A model generated the notes under the pieces. It searched no databases and was not told where the DNA came from. It saw nothing but the letters and a program-made list of their open reading frames with translations. Shown one piece after another: positions 16,420 to 24,408 of a DNA stretch of 46,984 nt. This DNA is from a virus, in the UHGV virus genome UHGV-0142121; one strand, given 5' to 3'. The position numbers were made by a program, and so were the translations under genes. The number at the start of each line of letters is the position of its first letter. Positions within the stretch are counted from its first letter, which is position 1.

Positions 16420-17481
16420 ATGGAAAACACTGTAAATATAAACAGTGCCGTTCTTGTGCGTGCTGATACTCTGGCATACATAAAAACTCTCCCGGACAAC
16501 AGTATCGATGCCATCATCACCGACCCGCCCTACTACAAAGTAAAGGCGGCATCGTGGGATAACCAATGGCCGACGGCTGTTGATTATCTGGCATGGCTCG
16601 ATGAGTGCTTGGCGGAATTCTGGCGGGTGCTGAAGCCGGCTGGCTCTCTGTACGTATTCTGCGGTCCTAAGCTGTCATCTGACACAGAACTGCTGATAGG
16701 CGAGCGGTTCAACGTGCTAAACCATATCATCTGGGCCAAACCGAGCGGTCGTTGGAACGGCTGCCGGAAAGAGGATTTGAGATCGTATTTCCCGGCGACT
16801 GAGCACATTGTGTTTGCTGAACATTATGGCTCTGAGGGATTCGCAAAAGGTAATGCCGGGTATGCGACGAAGTGCCGGGAACTGAAAAGCCAGGTCTTTG
16901 CGCCGTTGATTGAATACTTCCGAACTACCCGGCAGCGCTTGGGCATTTCGGCTGCAGAGATCAACGCGGCGACGGGAACCCAAATGTGCAGCCACTGGTT
17001 TAGTTCAAGCCAATGGCAACTGCCCAGCGAAAAACAATACCAGGCTCTTCAGGCGTTGTTTAACCGGGTAGCGAAAGAGAAGCAAACCTCTGGCTTACTG
17101 TCCGACCACGCCGCGCTGGAAGCGGAATACAACGAGTTATCGGAACAGTATTCAGAACTGGTAAAGCAGTACAGCGATTTGCGTGAGCAGTACGAAAACC
17201 TGCGGCGCCCATTCAGGGTAACAAAGGATGTACCGCATACGAACGTCTGGACGTACCCACCAGTTCAGCATTATCCCGGTAAACATCCATGTGAAAAGCC
17301 GATAGAGATGATGATCGATATTATCTCGGCCAGTACTCGACCTGGCGACCTGGTAGCCGACTTCTTCATGGGTTCGGGTGCAACGGTTAAAGCAGCTATG
17401 CAGCTGGGCCGGCGTGCTATCGGCGTTGAGCTGGAAGAGGAGCGCTTCTTACAGACTGTCTCAGAAATTACAGAACTATAA
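16420..17481 (+). CDS. DNA methyltransferase, 353 aa, first gene of the late operon
   Basis: DPPY catalytic motif (IITDPPYY) near the N-terminus and AdoMet-binding FFMGSGAT near the C-terminus. Confidence 0.75.
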   Translation: MENTVNINSAVLVRADTLAYIKTLPDNSIDAIITDPPYYKVKAASWDNQWPTAVDYLAWLDECLAEFWRVLKPAGSLYVFCGPKLSSDTELLIGERFNVLNHIIWAKPSGRWNGCRKEDLRSYFPATEHIVFAEHYGSEGFAKGNAGYATKCRELKSQVFAPLIEYFRTTRQRLGISAAEINAATGTQMCSHWFSSSQWQLPSEKQYQALQALFNRVAKEKQTSGLLSDHAALEAEYNELSEQYSELVKQYSDLREQYENLRRPFRVTKDVPHTNVWTYPPVQHYPGKHPCEKPIEMMIDIISASTRPGDLVADFFMGSGATVKAAMQLGRRAIGVELEEERFLQTVSEITEL

Positions 17482-17485
17482 CCAC

Positions 17486-17508
17486 AGCCCCGCATTGCGG
17501 GGCTTTTT
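17486..17508 (+). terminator. Intrinsic terminator after the methyltransferase gene
   Basis: 8-bp GC-rich stem AGCCCCGC/GCGGGGCT followed by TTTTT. Confidence 0.6.
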
Positions 17509-17539
17509 ATTGCCTGCGCTGCAGGTTTCGGGTTGCGTC

Positions 17540-17851
17540 ATGAACACAGCTATCGAATACGGGAATCCTGATTTATGGCTGGTTTTGCTCATGCTCGCAG
17601 CAGGAGCAATATCCAGCGCCCTGCTCTCTGCCGACCCCATCAATTTAAAGCGCCTTGTAGGTGATGTCCTTCGGGGTGTTCTGGTAGCCATCATCCTCTG
17701 GTCTTACGGCGTGATCGGCGAAATCTCAATTCTAAAAATTATCACTTTGGCCGGACTCGCGTCGGTGGCCTGGCCGCATACGGTCAATGAGGTCACGCGG
17801 TTTGCGGCGCGGACTATCAGCCGTTTATTCGGCGGGAGAAAACAACGATGA
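17540..17851 (+). CDS. Holin, 103 aa, lambda S-like
   Basis: Three hydrophobic segments and a charged C-terminus; pattern resembles lambda S; start taken at ATG 17540. Confidence 0.6.
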   Translation: MNTAIEYGNPDLWLVLLMLAAGAISSALLSADPINLKRLVGDVLRGVLVAIILWSYGVIGEISILKIITLAGLASVAWPHTVNEVTRFAARTISRLFGGRKQR

Positions 17852-18339
17852 ATTACGGACTGATTAGCAAACAGGACGCGGTTCGTTACGCCACGGTTAT
17901 CTGTGACGTGATAGGACACGGTAAAAATAACGCTGCGGTTTCGCTGTGTGTCGAAACGGCAGCAGCAGAAACGCTGCTCGGCGACTTTAAAGATCCGACA
18001 CCAACGAGCGCCGGTACCGGATTGACCCAGGTCGATATCGGTACGTTTGAATGGTTGCGCGATAAGTACCGGAACAGCCGCTATGCGGCCCCTCTTCTTT
18101 CCACGTTTGGCATCGACCTGAGCCGAACGGTTTACCAGGAGCTTCGCACATCACCACTGATGGCGATGCTGTTTTGTCGTTTGCGCTACCTGGCGGTACC
18201 GGAATCTATTCCTGGCACGCGTGAGGCCCGCGCGGACTACTGGAAAAAATACTACAACACCGTCGCCGGCAAAGGTACGCCAGCTGACTATCTCGATAAA
18301 TGTCGCCGCGCTGATGTTGATGCGTTGCTTGGCCAGTGA
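17848..18339 (+). CDS. Putative endolysin, 163 aa
   Basis: Called by position immediately after the holin (ATGA overlap); no confident catalytic motif. Confidence 0.35.
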   Translation: MNYGLISKQDAVRYATVICDVIGHGKNNAAVSLCVETAAAETLLGDFKDPTPTSAGTGLTQVDIGTFEWLRDKYRNSRYAAPLLSTFGIDLSRTVYQELRTSPLMAMLFCRLRYLAVPESIPGTREARADYWKKYYNTVAGKGTPADYLDKCRRADVDALLGQ

Positions 18340-18352
18340 ATGTGAGGTTCCC

Positions 18353-18814
18353 ATGAACAAATTAAAAAGCATTACCCGCGCCTGGGTACTCATGAACGGC
18401 GTGTTCTTCCTGCTGCTGATGGTCACTCGCCCGGTGTTTGCAGCAGATAGCATTGATATCGACTCGCTGATCTCCAGCCTTCCCGCTGGCTGGGCCGGTG
18501 GAGTAACTGCGGTCTTTATTGTGCTCTATGCCATCGCGCAGCTGCGTGCCGTTCTGCCGCCATCGGTAACGGACAAGATCCCCAGCGTCGTGATGATGGT
18601 CCTGGATTTTGTAGCGGCGAATTACAAGCATGCGCGTAATGCCTCAGTCGCTAAGCAGGTTACGGACACGGCAAAAGCCGCTGGCGCCACGGATGATGAA
18701 TACCGCGTTGCAGTTGAAACAGCTAAGAACCGGGGGGAGCTTCGTGGAAGTCGGATTGAGAGTGCTGGCGATTATCCTGGAAATGATCATCCAGGTAGCA
18801 AAGACGCACAGTGA
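18353..18814 (+). CDS. Membrane protein, 153 aa, lysis-associated (possible i-spanin)
   Basis: N-terminal hydrophobic segment; start moved to ATG 18353 after GAGG; position in lysis cassette. Confidence 0.35.
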   Translation: MNKLKSITRAWVLMNGVFFLLLMVTRPVFAADSIDIDSLISSLPAGWAGGVTAVFIVLYAIAQLRAVLPPSVTDKIPSVVMMVLDFVAANYKHARNASVAKQVTDTAKAAGATDDEYRVAVETAKNRGELRGSRIESAGDYPGNDHPGSKDAQ

Positions 18815-19059
18815 AGATGAACGGCAAAAGCGCATTGATTATGCGCGCGACAACCCTGCTGATTATCTGCGTAAGTTTGGGCGCGTGCGGGAACTCGGCT
18901 CAGCTGGTACCGACAATGAAACCGGCACCGTGCGCAGCGGAAAAACCGACGATTGATGTTGCTCATGTGGATGGCTATTTCGTCATCCCGGAGAGCGATA
19001 TGGGGAAGTTAACCGGATATATGGCCGCGCTGGAAGCGGGCTGTATCCCGCCGAAGTAG
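18811..19059 (+). CDS. Lipoprotein, 82 aa (possible o-spanin)
   Basis: Signal peptide with lipobox LGAC; overlaps the stop of the upstream membrane protein. Confidence 0.4.
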   Translation: MKMNGKSALIMRATTLLIICVSLGACGNSAQLVPTMKPAPCAAEKPTIDVAHVDGYFVIPESDMGKLTGYMAALEAGCIPPK

Positions 19060-19066
19060 AGGGAAT

Positions 19067-19333
19067 ATGGCGCTCTTTAAAAGAATGACGAAAGCCGAGA
19101 TACGCCGCCAGTTCACGCATTATGGATTGTTCTGGGGGTGTGTTCCGGTCTACGTCAACATGCGTAACGATGAATGCCCGGATGTGGCCACGCGGAATTG
19201 GGTGCCGGAATGGACACTGGATGCTGCCGATTGGCTATCGGGTATCCCGATTTGGTTCATGACACTGATTAACCCGTATTACGAACCGATGTTTGCCATC
19301 AAATTAACGGCACTGATTGAGGATGACGAATGA
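19067..19333 (+). CDS. Hypothetical protein, 88 aa
   Basis: ORF with ribosome-binding site GAGGGAA; ATGA overlap with the next gene. Confidence 0.4.
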   Translation: MALFKRMTKAEIRRQFTHYGLFWGCVPVYVNMRNDECPDVATRNWVPEWTLDAADWLSGIPIWFMTLINPYYEPMFAIKLTALIEDDE

Positions 19334-19644
19334 AAGTCTACATCGCTGGCCCCATGACAGGCCGTGAGAATTTCAACCGCGAGGCGTTCAACAAAGAAGC
19401 TGAGCGGCTGGCTAAACATGGACATATCGTACTGAACCCCGCCACATTGCCGGCAGGCATGGAGCCGCGCGAGTACATGGATATCTGTTTTGCGATGCTG
19501 CGCTGTGCGGATGCCATGTTGATGCTGCCAGGCTGGCAGGCGTCATCCGGCGCGACCGCTGAGTACCACTACGCGTACAAAATGGATCTGCCGGTCTACA
19601 GCACACTGCATTACCCACCGGTGGCCAGCGAACAGGCTGACTGA
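19330..19644 (+). CDS. DUF4406 / nucleoside 2-deoxyribosyltransferase-like protein, 104 aa
   Basis: N-terminus MKVYIAGPMTG...NPA fits the family signature as I recall it. Confidence 0.5.
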   Translation: MKVYIAGPMTGRENFNREAFNKEAERLAKHGHIVLNPATLPAGMEPREYMDICFAMLRCADAMLMLPGWQASSGATAEYHYAYKMDLPVYSTLHYPPVASEQAD

Positions 19645-19662
19645 TTGGGACCATGGTCCCAA
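19645..19662. repeat. sopC-like palindrome TTGGGACCATGGTCCCAA (perfect)
   Basis: Starts at the base after the upstream stop codon; followed by an intrinsic terminator. Confidence 0.75.
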
Positions 19663-19669
19663 TGAAATG

Positions 19670-19692
19670 AACCACCTTCGGGTGGTTTTTTT
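19670..19692 (+). terminator. Intrinsic terminator closing the lysis operon
   Basis: Stem AACCACC/GGTGGTT with TTCG loop, then TTTTTTT. Confidence 0.65.
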
Positions 19693-19804
19693 ATGCGCAT
19701 CGCACGCGCACATCAAAGAGAGTCTTTCAGTAGTGAGCCTGGGTAATCCGTTAACTCTTGGCGGCTTTGCCGTGCGACAGGCTCACGTCTAAAAGGAAAT
19801 AGCT

Positions 19805-19978
19805 ATGCAATTCGGTAAAAAATCAAAGTCAGGTTTGAGGGCGTTTATTCGCAATGACGGGATAATCATCAGCGATAAAAAGGGAAATGCCCGCATCGTT
19901 ATCGGTGTACTCGGTGATGATAAACATGTCTTACGCAGTGGTCGTCCTTCTACCTTCAACCAGTTAGGCCGCGCTTGA
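19805..19978 (+). CDS. Small hypothetical protein, 57 aa, basic
   Basis: AGGA ribosome-binding site 7 nt upstream; ends 12 nt before the next gene; below the track cutoff. Confidence 0.4.
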   Translation: MQFGKKSKSGLRAFIRNDGIIISDKKGNARIVIGVLGDDKHVLRSGRPSTFNQLGRA

Positions 19979-19990
19979 AAGGAGTAAATA

Positions 19991-20842
19991 ATGGCTGAGA
20001 AAATTATTGCCGATGTACTCGATACTGCTCTGGCTCGACATTACGAGCAACTTGGCGATGCAGAACGTGAAAAACAGGCGGTGGTCTTTATGGATGGTCG
20101 CTGGGTGGCCATCCGCGGGGATTTTACCCCTGATGAAATTCGTGAAGCTGTGGAATACATCCATCGCTACCGTGTATCGAAAAAGCTCCAGAAATCGCTG
20201 GAAGATATCTCACCATTTGTTGTTGATAACGGTGAGGTATTCATCAAGGACGCATTTATTTCGGAAACTATCCACGCGGCAGAAACGCTGAAGCCGAAGA
20301 ACAGTAATAGCAACATAGATGTAGGTAAGATTCTTGACGATGCATGGAAAAGTGGTCGCCCATGTATCGGGGAGGCTGTGAACAATCTGGCTCAGGTTAT
20401 AGCAAGTGCCCGAGTATCCTCTCAAATCTTTAAGCAACATACGAGCTGCGGTGAGATAACGCCATTAACCTATACAGCATCTATGAGCATTAACGTAAAC
20501 GATGCCCCGTCCGCATCTGGTGCCGATAGTAACATTGATGGCATTTCATTTGAGGTGAGCGATAAGGACATGGTTGTCAATCTGGCTGGCGGTGGGCGAA
20601 TCGTCATCAGTAATTGGGGTGATAGCAGCACCATGGTATCGAAAGCATTACCACCACTTGCACATACAGCATCATTGGGTCTTTCCTGCCACGATATTGC
20701 GAAAGAAACATTATCAGCAGTGCTCGCCGCTACTCTCCCCAACGTACCAAGGGGTCGAACCGAAGAAGCGGCTATTGCCCTGGCTCGTGCGGTACGATCT
20801 GCTTTCAACGCGCTGGGAAACGATAATGCCAGCCCGCGCTAA
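19991..20842 (+). CDS. Hypothetical protein, 283 aa
   Basis: Strong AGGAG ribosome-binding site; no recognisable motif. Confidence 0.5.
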   Translation: MAEKIIADVLDTALARHYEQLGDAEREKQAVVFMDGRWVAIRGDFTPDEIREAVEYIHRYRVSKKLQKSLEDISPFVVDNGEVFIKDAFISETIHAAETLKPKNSNSNIDVGKILDDAWKSGRPCIGEAVNNLAQVIASARVSSQIFKQHTSCGEITPLTYTASMSINVNDAPSASGADSNIDGISFEVSDKDMVVNLAGGGRIVISNWGDSSTMVSKALPPLAHTASLGLSCHDIAKETLSAVLAATLPNVPRGRTEEAAIALARAVRSAFNALGNDNASPR

Positions 20843-21188
20843 GCGCCCTTGTAAGCACAAAGGATGCTCTACCGCCACTAACGACCCATCAGGATATTGC
20901 GATAGCCATCGCCAGCAGCACGCCGGTGATGGCTGGCGTAATTACCAGCCAGGGAAGAGCCGACAGGATCGCGGGTATGGAAGACCATGGGAGATACGCC
21001 GCGCTCGCATTCTGATGCGGGATAAATATCTCTGCCAGGACTGCCGGCGCCGGGGCATAGGCATGAAAGCTGAAAGTGTGGATCACATCATCCCGAAAGC
21101 CCATGGCGGCACCGATGACGATAGCAACCTCGAATCGTTGTGCTGGCCATGCCACCGCCGGAAGACAGCTAAGGAACGATTTAACTGA
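20826..21188 (+). CDS. HNH endonuclease, 120 aa
   Basis: Cys-rich zinc pattern plus DHIIPKAHGGTDD..NL..LCWPCH; start moved to ATG 20826; packaging-associated HNH by position. Confidence 0.7.
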   Translation: MPARAKRPCKHKGCSTATNDPSGYCDSHRQQHAGDGWRNYQPGKSRQDRGYGRPWEIRRARILMRDKYLCQDCRRRGIGMKAESVDHIIPKAHGGTDDDSNLESLCWPCHRRKTAKERFN

Positions 21189-21388
21189 TGGCATACATCC
21201 GTTGTACTTACTGCGGCTCGCAGCTGCATACCGTAGCGAACTGCCCTAAAACGTGGGGCGGTTCATCCCGCCGTGCCAACTTGCGCTGCGGCTATTGTGG
21301 ACAGTCAGGACATAACTCTAATGCCTGCCCACACAATGCGAGCAGCGGTCGCCGTCGTCAGTTGAACGAAAACTTTTATCTGGACTAA
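21188..21388 (+). CDS. Small zinc-finger protein, 66 aa
   Basis: Cys pairs CTYCG, CPK, CGYCG and a terminal Cys-Pro-His; ATGA coupling. Confidence 0.4.
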   Translation: MAYIRCTYCGSQLHTVANCPKTWGGSSRRANLRCGYCGQSGHNSNACPHNASSGRRRQLNENFYLD

Positions 21389-21392
21389 TGAG

Positions 21393-21779
21393 GTGATCAT
21401 GCTGGATTTAAATCCTCCAACAACTCCTGAAGAAAGTGCGGAGCATGGGCGCTTATACGCTGCATATATTGAATCCCTTGCCAGGACAAAACATCTGGCT
21501 TGCCAGAGGCTGTCGCTCAACGATAAAGAATATCCAGAATGGTTTGTTCTTTGGTTAGACGATGAAATTGCGCGTATTCGTTTTAAGTTAGAGGCGTTGA
21601 AATCCTGGAATAGACGAACTAATCCCGAAACTGCTGCAAATAAGGTTAGAAATATGATTTGGCAGGTTGATTACATGATGCGCGTAGCGACAGGGAAAGT
21701 GTTGCCTTGTCCTGTTAACCCTGAGTCAAATACTAACTGGCTTAACTATATGTCTACTACCAATGCACAGCCTGAATGA
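21393..21779 (+). CDS. Hypothetical protein, 128 aa, AT-richer than flanks
   Basis: ORF between HNH and cos; no motif. Confidence 0.45.
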   Translation: MIMLDLNPPTTPEESAEHGRLYAAYIESLARTKHLACQRLSLNDKEYPEWFVLWLDDEIARIRFKLEALKSWNRRTNPETAANKVRNMIWQVDYMMRVATGKVLPCPVNPESNTNWLNYMSTTNAQPE

Positions 21780-21799
21780 CGACTTTACTCTCGACTGAA

Positions 21800-21990
21800 C
21801 CGGCACCACGATGGCGGCGGGGGGATTGATTTCATTATGAAATCATTCAATGTGAAATCACTTTCAATATCAATAATGAGAATCAATATCATTAGAAGGG
21901 GATAGGGGGGGGTAAAATCCCTAAACCCCCCCGCCGTTGAGGACTGCCGCTTCCAGTCGATTTTTACACGTGGGAAATAAGATCTTTTTT
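21800..21990. other. Putative cos packaging site region
   Basis: Non-coding stretch just upstream of terminase small subunit with GGCGGCGGGGGG (21813-21825), a G8...C7 symmetric element (21903-21932) and repeated (A/G)TGAAATCA motifs. Confidence 0.4.
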
Positions 21991-22042
21991 TTGGATGAAA
22001 TTACCGTAACAGAAAACGCAATTGATGCATGGAGGTGCGCAG

Positions 22043-22480
22043 ATGGCGATGGGTGTGCGATCTCCAGGCGGTGGCCGGAAACCGAATAATATCGGCACAC
22101 AAGTCAGTTCAGTAACACGCGCCGTTTCGCCGCCAGATGAATTGCTGGGTGATATGGCCATTGATGCCTGGAAACGAACCTGCCGGCTGATGATCGATCG
22201 TGGCAACTTCGAAATGGAAGACTGCTACTTGCTGATGGAGTACTGCAACACGGTGCAGCTGCTGTACGACGCTAATCAGGAAATCAAAGGAGACGGGATC
22301 GGTGATGCGACTGCTGCCGGCGGCCAGAAGCTGGGCGCCGCGGTGAAAGCGCGTGATAAGTACATTTCGCAGCTCATCAGGCTGAGCGTCGTTCTGAAAC
22401 TGGACCCGAACAGCCGGGTCAGAGTTGCTAATCCGGGGCAAGGTGGCAAAGAAGCGGGAAACGATTTCGACGATTTTTAA
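22043..22480 (+). CDS. Terminase small subunit, about 145 aa
   Basis: Position directly upstream of terminase large subunit; GGAGG before ATG 22043. Confidence 0.55.
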   Translation: MAMGVRSPGGGRKPNNIGTQVSSVTRAVSPPDELLGDMAIDAWKRTCRLMIDRGNFEMEDCYLLMEYCNTVQLLYDANQEIKGDGIGDATAAGGQKLGAAVKARDKYISQLIRLSVVLKLDPNSRVRVANPGQGGKEAGNDFDDF

Positions 22481-22498
22481 TTGGGACCACGGTCCCAT
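22481..22498. repeat. sopC-like palindrome TTGGGACCACGGTCCCAT at the terS/terL junction
   Basis: 16-mer TGGGACCACGGTCCCA starts at the base after the terS stop and precedes the terL ATG. Confidence 0.7.
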
Positions 22499-22507
22499 TT
22501 TTTATGG

Positions 22508-24229
22508 ATGAGTTATATGGCCGCATACCCGAACGTCAATCTGGCGAATCAGTATGCGCGTGATGTGCTCAGCGGCAGCATAGTCGCCTGTAAATACATC
22601 CGGCTGGCCTGCCAGCGCCATTTTGACGACCTGAAAAAATCACTGGATAAGGATTATCCGTACCGATTTGACCGGGATTTAGCTGAACGAGCATGTCGAT
22701 TTGTTCAGCTGCTACCCCACTCCAGTGGGGACCTCAAAGGGCAGAAACTGAAGCTGGAAATGTGGCAAGCCTTCGCTTTCTGCTCGATCTTCGGCTGGGT
22801 TACGAAATCCAACAAAAAACGACGCTTTAAGGAAGCCTACATCCGCGTTGCCCGTAAAAACGGTAAATCGTTTATCTCTGCGGGCATTGGTATGTATATG
22901 TTCTGCGCTGATGGCGAAAACAGCGCAGAAGTTTACTGTGGCGCCACGCAGATGAGGCAGGCCAAGAAGGTCTTCACCCCAGCCCAACAAATAGCAAAAA
23001 TGCTGCCGGCGCTGCGCCGGCGGTTTGATGTTTCAGTCTGGACCGAGAAGCTGACGCGTCCGGACGGCTCCATATTTGCGCCGGTGGTCGGCGACCCTGG
23101 TGATGGTGACTCACCCAGCTGCGCCATCATTGACGAATACCACGAGCACAAAACAGACCGTCTTTACCAGGCGATGACGACGGGCATGGGCGCCCGTTCT
23201 CAGCCGTTGACGCTGATTATTACCACTGCCGGTACTGACCTCGAATCACCTTGTTACGACAAGGACAAAGAGGTCAAAGAGGCGCTGGACGAAATCACCC
23301 CGAACGATCGACTGTTTGGCATGATTTACGAGCTGGATCAGGGGGACGACTGGACTGACCCGGCCAACCTGATTAAAGCCAACCCGAACCTCGATGTCTC
23401 GGTGAAATACAGCGATCTGGTCGAGCTGCTGGAAGTGGCAAAGAAAGTCCCGCGTATGACGAACGCGTTTAAGACAAAGCGTCTGAATATGTGGGTTTCC
23501 GGTGCCGCAGCGTTCTTCAATATGGAGCAGTGGAAAGAAGCCGAAGATAAGACGCTGAAGCTGTCGGACTTTACTGATGACGATGCCAATCTGGGGCTGG
23601 ATCTCGCGAAAAAGCTCGATATGAACGCCTGCATACCTTTATTCACGCGGGAAATTGAGGGCAAGAAGCACTACTACTCCGTGGCCCCCAAATTTTGGGT
23701 CCCGGAAGATACAGTTCACAGCACCGATCCTAAGCACCTTAAAGCTGCTGACCGGTACCGGAAATTCGTCACGATGAAGGTACTGGAGGCGACCGATGGC
23801 GCCGAGGCTGATTATCGTGAAATTCACGCCAGCATTCTGGATCTGCGGCAGGAAATCAGGATTAAAGAAGCGGATATCGACCCGGCAGGTGCCACGGCGT
23901 TGCGGCATCTGCTGGAGGATGACGGGGTTGAATGTGTGGAGATCACGCAGAACTTCCAGAACATGTCTCCGGCGATGAACGAACTGGAAGCGGCGCTCGC
24001 CGGCGGGCGATTCCACCACGACGGCAATCCGATTCTCACCTGGTGTATCAGCAACGTTATCGGGAAGTTAATTCCCGGCAGCGATGACGTCGTTCGCCCG
24101 ACAAAAGGCGATAAACAATCAAAAATCGACGGCGCGACAGCGTTGTTTAACGCCCTTACGCGCGCGCTGCAGAACGGCGGAGGCGGGGGCGGCAAATCCA
24201 TTTATGACGAGGAAGACGTGGCATGTTAA
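22508..24229 (+). CDS. Terminase large subunit, about 573 aa
   Basis: Size, position and ATPase/nuclease layout typical of phage TerL; start moved to first in-frame ATG 22508. Confidence 0.8.
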   Translation: MSYMAAYPNVNLANQYARDVLSGSIVACKYIRLACQRHFDDLKKSLDKDYPYRFDRDLAERACRFVQLLPHSSGDLKGQKLKLEMWQAFAFCSIFGWVTKSNKKRRFKEAYIRVARKNGKSFISAGIGMYMFCADGENSAEVYCGATQMRQAKKVFTPAQQIAKMLPALRRRFDVSVWTEKLTRPDGSIFAPVVGDPGDGDSPSCAIIDEYHEHKTDRLYQAMTTGMGARSQPLTLIITTAGTDLESPCYDKDKEVKEALDEITPNDRLFGMIYELDQGDDWTDPANLIKANPNLDVSVKYSDLVELLEVAKKVPRMTNAFKTKRLNMWVSGAAAFFNMEQWKEAEDKTLKLSDFTDDDANLGLDLAKKLDMNACIPLFTREIEGKKHYYSVAPKFWVPEDTVHSTDPKHLKAADRYRKFVTMKVLEATDGAEADYREIHASILDLRQEIRIKEADIDPAGATALRHLLEDDGVECVEITQNFQNMSPAMNELEAALAGGRFHHDGNPILTWCISNVIGKLIPGSDDVVRPTKGDKQSKIDGATALFNALTRALQNGGGGGGKSIYDEEDVAC

Positions 24230-24408
24230 CAGCAGCGATCTCGGTTCTGATTTTTCTGATTGGTCTGGCCGGCGCCGTCATGATCTCTGCCGGCGCATGG
24301 CTATTTTCTCCCGCAGCGGGACTAATCACCGGCGGCGTTCTCTGTGTTTTTTGCTCATGTATGTGGGCTAAATATCTGGGTCAGTCAGCTAACAAGGGGA
24401 GCAACTAA
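24223..24408 (+). CDS. Small membrane protein, 61 aa
   Basis: Two hydrophobic helices; overlaps terL stop and portal start. Confidence 0.35.
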   Translation: MLTAAISVLIFLIGLAGAVMISAGAWLFSPAAGLITGGVLCVFCSCMWAKYLGQSANKGSN

